From Bdellovibrionales bacterium CG10_big_fil_rev_8_21_14_0_10_45_34 (GTDB taxonomy: Bacteria > Bdellovibrionota > Bdellovibrionia > Bdellovibrionales > 1-14-0-10-45-34), in NCBI GenBank assembly GCA_002778785.1, contig PEZS01000001.1, positions 13,894 to 77,893 of the forward strand: a DNA stretch of 64,000 nt, written 5' to 3'. A program made the position numbers and the translations under genes. The first letter of the stretch is position 1. Each line of letters opens with the position of its first letter. The notes under the pieces were generated by a model. That model did no database searches and was not told the origin of the DNA. It worked only from the letters and a program-made list of their open reading frames with translations. Positions 33,356 through 44,730 of this stretch are shown here, piece after piece.

Positions 33356-36300
33356 TTAGGGCGACTGATGAACTGTCCCATCTGCGCCAGCTTCGTTGTC
33401 ACTTGTGCCACCGGTCACAAAGATTTTGGCTGCATCGAAGGCAGAGCCAGAACCCCTTACGACAGCAATGCGGCCGCCTCCTCCGCCACCGCATTGACGG
33501 CCAGTTGAGGAAGACGTACGGCCATTGCCACCACGTGCATACAAACCATTGGAGCTTCCAACAATTGAGACGGTGCCTCCTGCATTGATATAAATGCTAC
33601 CCCCGGCCCCACCGGCTCCGCAAAAGCTGACATGCTGCTCTCCATCTTGCCCATCTGCGGATATAGTCGAACTGGTGGTCATATTGAAATTGCCCGTGAG
33701 CTGTATCGATATTGCACCCCCACCATTTCCGCCTTCGTTTTCACTGACCGACCAGATCCAGGTGTCTGTTGCGCCACCGCCTGAGCCAAAAGTTATCGGA
33801 GCAGTGTTTGATCCGTATGTCGAACCGCCGTTAGCGCCGGCGAAGTTCCCTGCGCCCCCAGTTCCACCATGCCCACCGCCCCCGGCTGCTAAGTAGGTTC
33901 GATCGCTCGCGCCACCGCCAGTTCCTTCTCCCGAATATGAGGCATTAGTTGAGTTTCCTCCAACATGTCCTAGCCCTGAAGCCGAGACAAGAGAAGATAC
34001 GCCCAAAGAAAGATTGGTAGCATTAATGGTTACGTTCCCCCAAACTCCGGAGTGATCCAAAATTGTCACGTCGCCGCCCATGCTGATTGTAAAGCGTGCT
34101 TCTGTATCTGAATTAAACAATCGACCTTGCCAGGCTGTTGCAGAGCCTATCACGAGATTACCAGTGCCTGAAACTGTATACCCATCAGGAATCCACTTAG
34201 CGTACTCAACATAGCAAGTTGTATTTAAAGTGCCCGAATCACAGATGCTATCAGCCGTAGCGTATTCGTAGCTTAATGTGCCTCTGCCGCCCGCGGTCCC
34301 GGCTGAGTATTTACCGGGAATTCGGCTAAAAGCTCCAGTATCCCCGGAAGGATTCCAGCCGTTTGTTAAGTAGATCTTTGTCGAAGGATCAATCCATATG
34401 CGTCCACCACCGCCTGCGCCACCGCCATTTGCACCTGGCTCGCCCTGTGCGCCCACAGCCTCCAATCTTGTAGAAAAAGTTGTGATAGCCAGAGTATCCG
34501 CTGTAAGTCTTAAAGTCCCGCCCGAGCCGCCGCCGACGGCGCCGCTATTGCCAGGGCTTCCGGTCGAATTTATATTGCCTGTTACAGACAATGTGTTAGC
34601 AGCCCGCAAGTCTAAGCGTCCGCCACCAGTTCCTGCTCCGTCGTAGCCACCTAAACCAGCGGTAGCACCGCCAGAGCCATAGTCGGTTGGGTTAGTAGCA
34701 CTGCCATAAGTTGAGCCGCCATCGGAGCCAATTACGCGACCTCTACCGCCAGCACCGCCATAACCTCCGCCGCCGCCATTAAATGTACCGCTGTCTTCAC
34801 CTCGAATACCTCCGCCAGGGCCAGCGCCAATACCCCTTGAAGTTCCGCCGTTCCAACCAGAGGCACCAGGGTATCCTACCCCATAGGAAGTAACTGTACC
34901 GGCTACCGTTATATTAGTAGCCGAAATCGGCCAAAAATTGCCGGTCATCGTTCCGCCGGCGTTCACCGTGAGATTTCCCGTTAGGTTGAGTGAGACGTCT
35001 TTCAGTCGCTCGTAATTGATGATGTGGCCACCACTTGCAACGATTAGATTTCCTGACCCTGTAATATTGCTTCCTGCTGGGACATACTTTGTTGAGCTCA
35101 CTGTACATGTAGTCGATAGATCACCAGAGTCGCAAAGCGCTGTACTCCAGTTGGCTACTGTATGCTCATAGATTCCGTCTTCGCCAGGGTCGTGACTTCC
35201 TGAAAGCCCCATTAAATAAACTCTTGTAGAACTGAGCAGCCTTGGCGACACCACCTTGATGTAACCCCCAGCTCCACCGCCAGAGCCTCTGTAAGATGGT
35301 GTTAAATTCATACCAGAGTTGCCTCCGCGAGCGACAAGTCTGATGTCGCCAGAAAAGGAACTTGCTTCGACATAAATACTTCCGCCCGAGCCGCCAGCAC
35401 CATTTACATTACCATGTACGGCGCCGCTACCACCACAGACACCTGCGATGTGGCCAGCCGGAGAAGTACTGATCGTTCCCGATGCAACTAAGCGAATGCG
35501 TCCGCCTCCGCTTCCGCCGGCAGCATAGGTACCCGCGCCGCCCCCCCCCGAGCCGTAGGAGTTGGCAAGACTACTTGAGCCGTAGACAGCCGCCACGGTA
35601 GCACCGCTTTCAGACTCTCCGCCAAGCCCAGCATGACTTGCGCCCGAGCAGGCTGTTCCAGATCCTGCATTAAAGCAGGTGCCGCCCCCACTACCTTGCC
35701 CGGTTATGTTGGAGTTACCAGTACGGTGGCCCCCTAATCCCCCAAGTCCAGACGCATTGATACTAGCCGAACATGCTGCCACATCCGCCGGCGTTCCGGT
35801 AAAATTCATATTCACGGCTGTGATTTGCACGTTTGCGTTGATGCGACTTGCGCCATTGATGCTTAAATCACCTGTTAGAGCGATCGTAAAATCCTGCATG
35901 TTGTTAAGGTTTCTAAGCTGTCCGGTGTTTGTAATCGTCAGATTATTTGCGTTGATCGTTGCTCCGTTAGGAACATCTTGGACCGTCGTAACAGTACAAG
36001 TGGTGGTAAAGTCACCAGAGTCGCACGATATCGGCGTGATAATTATCGTTGCATCAGCAGTCAAAACACCAACTCCGCCAGATCCTGTTAAGTCCGGCTT
36101 TGTGGCCCTGATTACGATTGTTCCAATCGTGTCACTGCTGATCCCATTTCCTGAAAAGTCAGCTGTACCAGAGGACGCAGCTTCGGTCAGTGTGCCAGAG
36201 AGTGTTCCTGGTCCCGAGTGTTTACTAATGGCAATAGTAGCTGATGAGTCGACCCCTGTATCAACAACGTTACCAAAAGCATCTCTGACTTGCACAATCC

Positions 36301-38217
36301 CTTGGGGGTTGAAAGCTGTAGAAAACTTTGCATGTGTTGCTGGTGCAGTTGTAAAGACAAGTTGGTTAGCTGCTGCATGAGTGATCGTAAATCCATTAGA
36401 GGCTTGCGTCAGCGTACCAATGCCGCCCGACCCTGATAGATCTTGCTTAGTCGCCGTCATAACTTTTGCGCCAGCAGCGGTCATATCAAGTCCAGAGAAA
36501 GTTGCAATCCCGTCAGAAGCTGTAGCAACAGCAGTTCCGTTCAGTGATCCTGTCCCTGTTGTGATCGAAAGCGTGACTTGGGCTGTGCTATCCACACCGG
36601 ATGTAATACGGTTACCATGAGCATCAACGATATGCACAAGTGGCTGCTGAGCAAAGTCCACACCAGCCACTGTAGATGTACTTGGCTGCTGAGCAAACAA
36701 CAGACTTACAGCTGGGCCGTGAGTAAAGATAACCGAGCCACCAGATACAGCTATTGGAGTCGTTAGAGAAAGAGTTTTGCTCTCGGCTCGTGTAGAGGCC
36801 AAAGTACATGTGCTTACGCCAGAAGCATTTGAAACAGAGCAACCGCCATACGTGTTCGTACTTCCCGTATCGGTGGCACTAAATGTCGGCGTAACCCCTT
36901 GCAGTGGACACATAGAGGCATTCAAAAGTGTGACTGTTACAGTCGAAGTCGCTGTGCCGTTAGCTACAACGGGCGTCGTACCGGTAATTGTTGTATTGGC
37001 CGAAGCGGCAGTTGCATCTACGATAAAATCATAGAGGCCCCCCGAGGCAATAAGCGTTGATCCACTTGTTCGTTTTGCCTCTACGGAAAGCTTGTAGCTA
37101 CCACTGGCAAGCGTGCATCCCGTCGGCGAAAAAGTTGTCGAAGTCGTGTTTTGTGTAGCACAAGCGACGGTCGTGCCATCGATCTGGTAGACAGTGACAT
37201 CGTAGGAATCAGCATTTGATGAGGCTCCCCAAGCAAACGTGGGGCTAGATCCAGAAGTTAAACAAATATCACCAATCGAATCAGCTCCACCCGTTACGCC
37301 CGTGATAGAAAACACACCCATCGCTGTAGGGTCATAGTTAAAGTCATGTTGAACCACGCTTGAGACTCTGCCGGCCCTGTCATAGGCACGCACATATAAA
37401 GTGTGAGATCCTACGCTAAGACCACTTACCGTGTAGTCACTTCCATAGGGACAGGCAGTAAAAGCTCCAGAGTTGAGTCTGCACTCTGTGCGCTGAACAC
37501 CACTGCCGGAGTCGGTCGCATTAAACCGAAAGGTAGCGGAGTGTCGACATTCACAACACTTCCAGGAGTTGATGTGAATGACACAACAGGAGCCGTGCGA
37601 TCCAGCATAAAGTAAGGACGCTTGAGTGCGGACTTCGCTTTACCGCTTCTTCCTACTGCCTGTACTGTGATCCGTACAAGCGTGTCTTCCGGAATACCGC
37701 AGTTTTCCATCAAAAGAGAGAAATCCGTTACAGAAAGACTGCAGACAAGACTGTCTTCATCATCTGCTAATTTCACGCGAACAATGTATCTTGCAGCGTT
37801 TTCACTTTCTGACCACTCAATGGAGGGTTCTGTGTCTGCATAGACAATTTGATTTTCATCTTCGATTTCTTCGCCATGAAGCTTTTGAAGCTGAAACTCC
37901 GAAAGCGGAAGTTCCCCTGAAGACAGATCCTTCAAGCTTTCTTCAACAAATCCACAGGAAGAGAGTGTGCTCAATGTAAGAATTGCTAACAGACTCTTTA
38001 CAACAACTAATGGCTGCAGAGAGAATTTGGACAAACTAATATGTGCTAGCTTTGGGGCACTCCAAGTCGCTATTTTAGAAGCCTTTTGTAGAAACGAATG
38101 CTTTAGAAGTCTCATTCTAAGAAGCTGTGCCCCCAGAAAATATCCCTGCGGCGTTATTGCAACTCGTTTTTCCCTAGTCATCTTGGTTTGTTTCTGAGTC
38201 TTCAACATACGTCCCAC
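33356..38217 (-). pseudogene. Giant (~1600 aa) Gly-rich surface lipoprotein/adhesin with Ig-like domains, split by one frameshift near 37540
   Basis: ORF 37426-38217 (lipobox-like LSSC, DRTAP) continues in another frame (ATFRFNATDSGSGV...VRAYDRAG) into ORF 33356-37393; invasin-like Ig domain; three CDSGxxxTTC-initiated Gly-rich repeats. Confidence 0.75.
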
Positions 38218-38707
38218 CTCAGTTTACCTTTTCGGTGGGTGAAGCGACTAACTTAAGACAAATGTGCCAGGCGTATTTTTAGGAGGCACCGCCCCCTCGT
38301 TAGCTAAGCAATTTCAATCCAGCCCCGACAAATTCAAGTCTAATCTCAAAAGGAATCTTCATTCGACTTATCTCGAGACAAATGGCCCCAAGGCAAAATA
38401 ACTGGTCGAATCCTGGGGCCCCCCGATGCTTAACCGTGGCCGCCCATCAAGAAGGGCTCGTTGCGGGTGTCTTGCTGCTGAAGATCTTTAAACTCAGCAA
38501 AGTACTCCGAAACAACAATGCGAACGTCCTCGAGATGCGGAAATCTTACGAGCTGCCTTCGGAATTCACCCGGGTTCACTTTTGTTTCCTAACGGCTATT
38601 ATGAGAAATCGAAGGAAATCTTAGCGGTCGAACGCAAATCAAAAACGCTCATGGATAAAAACTATCTACAGTTAAGTGAAGAGCCGAAGAGCCAGGGCCT
38701 GGGCAAA

Positions 38708-38755
38708 TGGTGATCCCGGCATGACTTGAACATGCGACCCTCAGTTTAGGAAACT
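38708..38755 (-). mobile_element. att site: duplicated 3' half of tRNA-Arg(CCT), left boundary of integrated element
   Basis: Minus strand reads AGT-TTCCTAA-ACTGA-GGGTC-GCATG-TTCAAGT-CATGC-CGGGATC-ACCA (anticodon loop, T arm, 3' acceptor strand, CCA); no D arm or 5' acceptor strand upstream. Confidence 0.85.
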
Positions 38756-39034
38756 ATAGCTCTGTCGAGCAAAGTGTGTGAATAAAAATTTGTAAGACAT
38801 TGGAATGATTCATTTTCTAGTTCTGCAAATTGATCGATTTCGAATTTTCCAGAGTGACAGTCAGACGTATCTAAGTTGTTGAATCTACGTTGCGCCTACG
38901 TTCCATTACCAAACATTTTCCGGCAATTTCCCCGTCATTTGACATTCGAGTGGTCGACCCGACATTTTAGACTGAGGGTCGATCAGGGGCCCCCCTCTCC
39001 AAAAAAGATTTCCCGCATTTTTCCAATACTTATT

Positions 39035-39343
39035 TTAGGTAACTCGCCCCTTATCCGGGCCCTCCAAGACGAGCTTTAGTTGACCGCCGCACGCTTCAAC
39101 AATTTTGCGTAGGGTTTGGATCTCATAGCGGTCGTACTCAGGGTTTTCATAACGACTAATTGCTGAGGCGGTGGTCCGCACACGTTTTGCGACCTGCACC
39201 TGAGTGAGATTGGATTGCAAACGAAGACGTTCCAATTGTTCACCAATAGAGAGTTTTTCGAATTCTTCCTCAAATCCTTTTCGAAATTTAGGATTCTTGA
39301 GTTTCTCTTCAAGCCATCCCTTCGTTTTTGCGGTTTTTCTCAT
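39035..39343 (-). CDS. XRE-family HTH antitoxin (HigA-like)
   Basis: LTQVQVAKRVRTTASAISRYE; ATGA overlap with upstream toxin. Confidence 0.85.
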   Translation of the reverse strand: MRKTAKTKGWLEEKLKNPKFRKGFEEEFEKLSIGEQLERLRLQSNLTQVQVAKRVRTTASAISRYENPEYDRYEIQTLRKIVEACGGQLKLVLEGPDKGRVT

Positions 39344-39690
39344 CGGCTGCTCCTTTTTGAAAAATCTATTTTTATCTTTTCGGCCCGCACAATTTCGCCC
39401 ATCGGTGTCTTGTCGCTTTTCTTTAAGAAGCCGTGGGTTAAAATCACACGCTTGCCGACGAAAAAGAAATACAGTACTCGTCCCTGATCGGCCTTGAATT
39501 CAAAACGCTGATCTGTTCCGGTTAAGTGTTTGAACTTCTGCTCATTGAAGATCTTGCCGACATCGCCCATCGTTTTAAAAAGGGCCGCAAATTTCAGTTG
39601 TGTATTTAATGGCTTAGACTCAAGCCAATCTTCCGCCGGAGCCGAGCCGTCTCCGCCAATAAAAAACTGGATGCTAAATATATTTCTATT
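39340..39690 (-). pseudogene. RelE/ParE (HigB/Gp49-like) toxin, apparently lacking a start codon
   Basis: EFKADQGRVLYFF..KRVILTHGFLKK..KTP..EI.RAE; frame stays open upstream to 39690 (FSIQFF..PAEDWL) then a TAA with no ATG/GTG/TTG. Confidence 0.7.
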
Positions 39691-39754
39691 TTAAGAATCG
39701 ATCAGGAGTAGTAGAACTTGAATCCACAAAATCTTTCGCCTCAGTCTCTACGCT

Positions 39755-39979
39755 TTAGTCGTATTCTAAACTAAAGATTTTCTTTTTCCCCCTGACTCCA
39801 GATACGAGTTCGACTGAGCTTTTTGGAAGTCCAAAATGTTTCGATAGAAGCTCCCGAATTCTTTCGTTGGCTTTACCGTCAACCGGTGGCACATGCACAC
39901 GCACAATATAGCTGCCGTCATTTTGTTTTTCTACAGATTCGACCTTTGAGTTCGTTTTAACGGAGACAGAAATCTTCAT
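39755..39979 (-). CDS. DUF167 / YggU-family protein
   Basis: PPVDGKANE, SVELVSG..GKKK. Confidence 0.88.
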   Translation of the reverse strand: MKISVSVKTNSKVESVEKQNDGSYIVRVHVPPVDGKANERIRELLSKHFGLPKSSVELVSGVRGKKKIFSLEYD

Positions 39980-39985
39980 TCGTTA

Positions 39986-40342
39986 CTATGCCTTCCTCAC
40001 AAATTCAGATTTCAAATTGATTGATCCTACGCCATCAATTTTGCAGGCAATATTATGACCATCGTCAGCATCAGTAAGTCGGATGTTGCGGACTTTAGTT
40101 CCACCCTTCACTGAACTCGATGAGCCTTTAATCTTTAGATCTTTGATGACGATGACCGAATCGCCGTTGATGAGAACGTTACCGTTGGCATCTCGAACGG
40201 ATTTATCCTCAACGCCTTCAGAAACGGCACTCGATTCCACTGCATCTTTGGCCCACTCATGTGAGCACTCGGGGCAAACCCAAAGGTTCCCATCCACATA
40301 TACATTTGCAGAACTACATTTTGGACATTGATCCTGGACCAT
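39986..40342 (-). CDS. PhnA/YjdM zinc-ribbon protein
   Basis: [40 protein letters not shown]. Confidence 0.92.
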   Translation of the reverse strand: MVQDQCPKCSSANVYVDGNLWVCPECSHEWAKDAVESSAVSEGVEDKSVRDANGNVLINGDSVIVIKDLKIKGSSSSVKGGTKVRNIRLTDADDGHNIACKIDGVGSINLKSEFVRKA

Positions 40343-40613
40343 AGCGTCCTCTCATTTATAAAACTGGCCTCTGTGTGAAATCAGTTTTCGAAGGCAAATT
40401 CAACTAGGCATCCCGATTTCTTACTACACCAAAATTGTGTGAGCAAACTCCATCCTGAGACGATGTTGTGGGCTTCGATAGTGGCCCATCAGCGTGTCTT
40501 TTGTCAGTTAAGAAACATTCAACTTTGTACGCTGGAGCATTTGAGCTACCCCCGAAGTCCGCAAGCCAAACTTAATTGTCATTTGAAGAGAAAGGTCCTA
40601 TAAATATAAGCTT

Positions 40614-41360
40614 ATGTTCAGTCATCATTTTGATCAAGAGCCCGACACGAGGGTTACTCTGCATTGGTTTATGTTGAGTTTTAGCGGAGGCTGCATAAAT
40701 GCGGGCGGCTTTCTTGCTACCGGCAAATTCGTCAGCCACGTGACCGGATTTGCTACGCTCTTTGGCGTCGACATTGCGAATTACCAGATAGAGGCAGCGT
40801 TGGGAATTGTCTCTGTCCCTCTCTTCTTTTTAATGGGGGCCTTTGTTGCTGGGCTATTGATTGATCGTCCCATCTCCCAGGGAAAAAAACCTCATTTCGA
40901 CTGGGTCATGGGGCTGAGTGCCATCTGCCTTTTTCTCGCTGCCGGAGGTGGTGAGATGCTGCTATTCGGGAAGTTTACGGATGTGGTTGGGTTAAAACAG
41001 AACTATTCACTTTTGGTGCTCCTCTGCCTTGCAAGCGGTCTTCAAAACGGAGCGATTACTTCCTCCTCGGGTCGATCCGTAAGAACAACTCATTTGACAG
41101 GCCTTACTACTGATCTTGGACTCGGACTGGCTCGTACTCTCACTTTTGATCTGAAGAAAAATACGTTTCAGAAGGAAACACGGGCAAATTATCTACGGAT
41201 CGGTTCAATCCTTTCGTTTGTCGCGGGCTCGGCATTTGGAGCATGGATATTTATAAAGGTTGAATACAAAGGATTCATTTTTTCCGCGCTGATCGCTGCC
41301 TACGCTGCTTGGCACGGCAGAAAAGCCAAGGTTGTCGCTCATGTTATACCTCCACCATAG
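40614..41360 (+). CDS. YoaK / DUF1275 family membrane protein
   Basis: GCINAGGF, FVSHVTG, GLQNG, VRTTHLTGLTTDLG. Confidence 0.9.
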   Translation: MFSHHFDQEPDTRVTLHWFMLSFSGGCINAGGFLATGKFVSHVTGFATLFGVDIANYQIEAALGIVSVPLFFLMGAFVAGLLIDRPISQGKKPHFDWVMGLSAICLFLAAGGGEMLLFGKFTDVVGLKQNYSLLVLLCLASGLQNGAITSSSGRSVRTTHLTGLTTDLGLGLARTLTFDLKKNTFQKETRANYLRIGSILSFVAGSAFGAWIFIKVEYKGFIFSALIAAYAAWHGRKAKVVAHVIPPP

Positions 41361-41450
41361 GTGAGGGCTTCATTTTGAAGGCTGTCAGCATTTCAAGACT
41401 GAATCCACCGCGCTCAAGAACTAAACCCGGACCAGTGCATGTGTACCGAA

Positions 41451-42236
41451 CTATTGTTTCAATATTTCGACTCTCCCACTATCAAGATCATAGTAGCCAC
41501 TGACAATCAGAAGTTGTTTAGACTCCAGCCTCGCACGCAAAACGGGCCTTGAGTTCATCAGCTTGGTCCGAACTAGATCCACGTGAGCTCTGGAGACAAG
41601 ATCAATTGGGTCTCCCTCTTTACCTTGCACGAGATCAATCGCAGGGGAGATTGCATCTACCAGAGTTCCGATGTGCCCCTCGTATTGATTGTGGACTGCA
41701 GCTTCTATGGCGCCACATCGTTCATGACCTAGAATAAAAATGAGAGAGACACCCAGATGAACCGCTGCGTATTCCATACTTGCAATAACTGCGTCATCGA
41801 TAATATTTCCAGCTTCGCGAACTACGAAAAGATCGCCAATACCCTGATCAAAAATTATCTCCGGGGGAACCCGTGAGTCGGCGCATCCCAAAATTGCAGC
41901 AATTGGGTGCTGTTCGTTCGAAACCTCCCTCACACGACTTCGACTCTGATCCGGATGAATCAAGCGATCTTGGACATAGCGTTGATTGCCTTCGAAAAGC
42001 TTTCTCAGGGCCTGCTCTGACCCCAACGACAAAGCACGGGGCGCATTACCTAAAACTTGCGTTTCAGGTTTGAGCTCACCATGACCACAGCCAACGACAG
42101 CAAAACTGAGTATCAAAACATAAATAAAGCGCGGCACTAAAGGGCCCCTTCCGCTGTGGCTTGCAATTGACCGACAAAATTTCACTCTCCCCCTCGCAAT
42201 TACTTCACTAAAGTAGGGTACTCTGTGTTTCATCAA
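41451..42236 (-). CDS. Beta-class carbonic anhydrase (possible lipoprotein)
   Basis: GCADSRVPPE, FDQGIGDLFVVR.AGN, GHERCGA; AVVGC lipobox; exact start uncertain. Confidence 0.92.
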   Translation of the reverse strand: MMKHRVPYFSEVIARGRVKFCRSIASHSGRGPLVPRFIYVLILSFAVVGCGHGELKPETQVLGNAPRALSLGSEQALRKLFEGNQRYVQDRLIHPDQSRSRVREVSNEQHPIAAILGCADSRVPPEIIFDQGIGDLFVVREAGNIIDDAVIASMEYAAVHLGVSLIFILGHERCGAIEAAVHNQYEGHIGTLVDAISPAIDLVQGKEGDPIDLVSRAHVDLVRTKLMNSRPVLRARLESKQLLIVSGYYDLDSGRVEILKQ

Positions 42237-44538
42237 ACTTGTACGAAGTTTTCGTCCGGCCTGATTTATCAGAAGCCTGTATCTGAAGTGCAGTCATAAC
42301 AATCGTGTTGAAAATGCTTTCCACAGAACTTGCGCGAGCAACAACGTTTGAGGGTCGCCTCAGGCCCATGATGAAGGGACCAAGAACTTCTCCGCCACCG
42401 AGTTGTTGCAAAAGTTTGTAGGCGATATTTCCACTTTCAAGATTTGGGAAAATCAAAATATTTGCCCCACTTTTTATTTCACAGAACGGAAAAATCCGTT
42501 TGACGATATCTGAGTCAATAGCTGTGTCGGCCTGCATATCTCCATCGACAACCAGATCTGGCCTTAGAGTCCTTATTATTTGGGTGGCCTGTTGCATCTT
42601 TCGTGGAACGCCCTCTAGCCCCGTAAAATTGGAATAACTTAGCATTGCAATTTTTGGAGAAAAGCCAAAATACTCCGCTGCCTTGGAGGAGTGGATGGCA
42701 ATCTTTGCAAGATCCTCAGCTGAGGGGCACTTATTGATCGACGTGTCCGCAAAGAAAAGAATTTTTCCTTTAAAAAGAATCAAATTAAGTCCGGCGGCTA
42801 GGCCGCTCTTGCCAACACCGATGGTTTGCAAAATTGGCCTTACGCAATCCGGATAATTCTGCGAAGCCCCACAAACAAGTCCATCGGCCTTTCCGAGGGC
42901 AACAGCGATCGCGGCACGGTAAAAATTGTTCTCCAATAGCCGTGCAGCCTCAGACTTCGTCACCCCTTTTCTCTTCCTATTTTCAAACAAAAGTTGGGTG
43001 AATTCTTTGGAGTCATTTAGATCCCTCGGGTTGACAATTTCGATGTTTTCTAACCCGGTCAGTCCAAGCTCATCAATTGCAGAAGTGATCTCTTTCCGAT
43101 CTCCAATTAGAACCGGATACGCTAAACGTTCTTCAACTACAGAACTTACAGCCTTCAGTATCTTGTGGTTATCTCCCTCAGGAAAAATTATGCGCGGAAG
43201 TCGCAAACATGCTTCCTCAAGATTTTTCTTAACCCTGTGTAAAACCGATCTAATAAAACATTTTGTTGGCCCTTGAATTGACTCAAGTCGATCCTTGTAT
43301 TTTTCGAAATCGGCGATAGGCAATTTTGCGACACCCGAATCCATAGCTGCTTTGGCAACGGCTGGGGTAACTGCGAGTAGGACTCTGCGATCAAAGGGTT
43401 TTGGCAAAATATAGTTTGGTCCGAATTTAAAGGACCTATCTCCGTAGGCATGGGAAACACTGTCGGGAACATCTTCTCGCGCAAGAGCCGCGATGGCATA
43501 TGTCGCAGCAAGCATCATTTCTGGATTTATTTCTGAAGCTCTGACATCAAGTGCTCCGCGAAAAATATATGGAAATCCCAGCAGGTTGTTAACTTGGTTG
43601 GGAAAATCGCTTCTTCCGGTTGCAACTATAGCTTTTGGATGAACCTTTCTTACTGCTTCAGGGTCGATTTCTGGAGTCGGATTAGCTAGAGCGAAAATGA
43701 TTGGGCGACTTTTCATCCCTTTAATCATGTCAGCGGTTACAACATTCCCAGCGCTTAATCCTATCAGCACATCAGCATTGTCCAACGCTTGCACCAAAGT
43801 ACGCGACGAGGTGTCTTGAGCAAATGCGCCTTTGTATTTGTCCATATCAAGAGTCCGCCCCGAATAAACAACTCCGTTAACATCACACATTGTGATCTGA
43901 GATTTTGGGACACCTATCCTCATTAGCATGTTTGCGCAAGCAACAGCTGCGGCCCCGGCACCGCAGAAGACGACGTTTATATTTTTCACATCCCTTTTGG
44001 TAAGGTGACAAGCGTTCAGGAGGGCGGCACTGACTACAATTGCAGTTCCATGTTGGTCGTCATGGAAAACAGGAATAGAAAGTTCCTTTTTTAGGGCCTC
44101 TTCGATTTCAAAACATTCTGGAGCTCGAATATCCTCTAGGTTAATCCCGCCGAAAGTAGGTTCAAGAGCCCGAACAGCAGTTATGAACTCAGATGTGGAG
44201 CGAGCGTTGAGCTCTAGATCGAACACATCGATGTCTGCGAATTGTTTAAATAGAACAGCCTTGCCTTCCATCACCGGTTTACCTGCCAAAGGGCCGATGT
44301 TCCCAAGTCCGAGAACAGCTGTGCCATTTGTAATCACCGCTACCAGATTTCCTTTAGACGTATAAGAGTATGCACTATCAGGGTTCTTCGCTATTTCTTT
44401 GCAGGGGGCTGCGACGCCCGGTGTGTAGGCGAGTGAAAGCAATTGGTCAGAGTGACAAGGCTTGCTTGAAACAACTTCAATTTTTCCGGGTCTACCTTCC
44501 GAATGGTACGTCAAAGCGTCCTTGTCAAAATGATTCAC
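42208..44538 (-). CDS. maeB: NADP-dependent malic enzyme with C-terminal phosphotransacetylase-like domain
   Basis: LSLAYTPGVA, KPVMEGK, NLEDI, HDDQHGTA, TGRSDFPNQVNN, FPNLESGNIAYKL. Confidence 0.95.
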   Translation of the reverse strand: MNHFDKDALTYHSEGRPGKIEVVSSKPCHSDQLLSLAYTPGVAAPCKEIAKNPDSAYSYTSKGNLVAVITNGTAVLGLGNIGPLAGKPVMEGKAVLFKQFADIDVFDLELNARSTSEFITAVRALEPTFGGINLEDIRAPECFEIEEALKKELSIPVFHDDQHGTAIVVSAALLNACHLTKRDVKNINVVFCGAGAAAVACANMLMRIGVPKSQITMCDVNGVVYSGRTLDMDKYKGAFAQDTSSRTLVQALDNADVLIGLSAGNVVTADMIKGMKSRPIIFALANPTPEIDPEAVRKVHPKAIVATGRSDFPNQVNNLLGFPYIFRGALDVRASEINPEMMLAATYAIAALAREDVPDSVSHAYGDRSFKFGPNYILPKPFDRRVLLAVTPAVAKAAMDSGVAKLPIADFEKYKDRLESIQGPTKCFIRSVLHRVKKNLEEACLRLPRIIFPEGDNHKILKAVSSVVEERLAYPVLIGDRKEITSAIDELGLTGLENIEIVNPRDLNDSKEFTQLLFENRKRKGVTKSEAARLLENNFYRAAIAVALGKADGLVCGASQNYPDCVRPILQTIGVGKSGLAAGLNLILFKGKILFFADTSINKCPSAEDLAKIAIHSSKAAEYFGFSPKIAMLSYSNFTGLEGVPRKMQQATQIIRTLRPDLVVDGDMQADTAIDSDIVKRIFPFCEIKSGANILIFPNLESGNIAYKLLQQLGGGEVLGPFIMGLRRPSNVVARASSVESIFNTIVMTALQIQASDKSGRTKTSYKFDETQSTLL

Positions 44539-44592
44539 AGTAGCTCCTCCCGGAGATGTCCTAAAAAAGAGTAGCTCATCAGAGATAAAGCT

Positions 44593-44730
44593 CTAAGAGT
44601 CCTCATGGTTCTCATCCCCATTCTGAGATGATTCACTTTCCAAGGCCTTTCTGAAGTGCTTGAGGCCCCAAAAAAATAAAACAACAAACCCCAAATAGAG
44701 TACAAAGAAAACTCCTGATACCCATCGCAT
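44593..44730 (-). CDS. 45-aa single-TM small protein
   Basis: MRWVSGVFFVLYLGFVVLFFWGLKHFRKALESESSQNGDENHEDS; co-oriented within the operon. Confidence 0.5.
   Translation of the reverse strand: MRWVSGVFFVLYLGFVVLFFWGLKHFRKALESESSQNGDENHEDS

Noticed and set aside
35679-37034. Plus-strand ORFs opposite the giant adhesin (and similar short antisense ORFs throughout)
   Set aside because: Shadow frames of well-supported genes on the other strand.
38382-38713. ORF fragments converging on the att site as an integrase remnant
   Set aside because: No recognisable tyrosine or serine recombinase motifs; likely a decayed gene of unknown type.
38690-38790. Intact tRNA-Arg gene
   Set aside because: No 5' acceptor strand complementary to CGGGATC and no D arm; only the 3' half is present, so it is called as an att scar.
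38971-38981. 11-bp inverted match (ACTGAGGGTCG) to the att core
   Set aside because: Too short to separate from chance; it is also part of a local GTCGACCC/GGGTCGAT hairpin.
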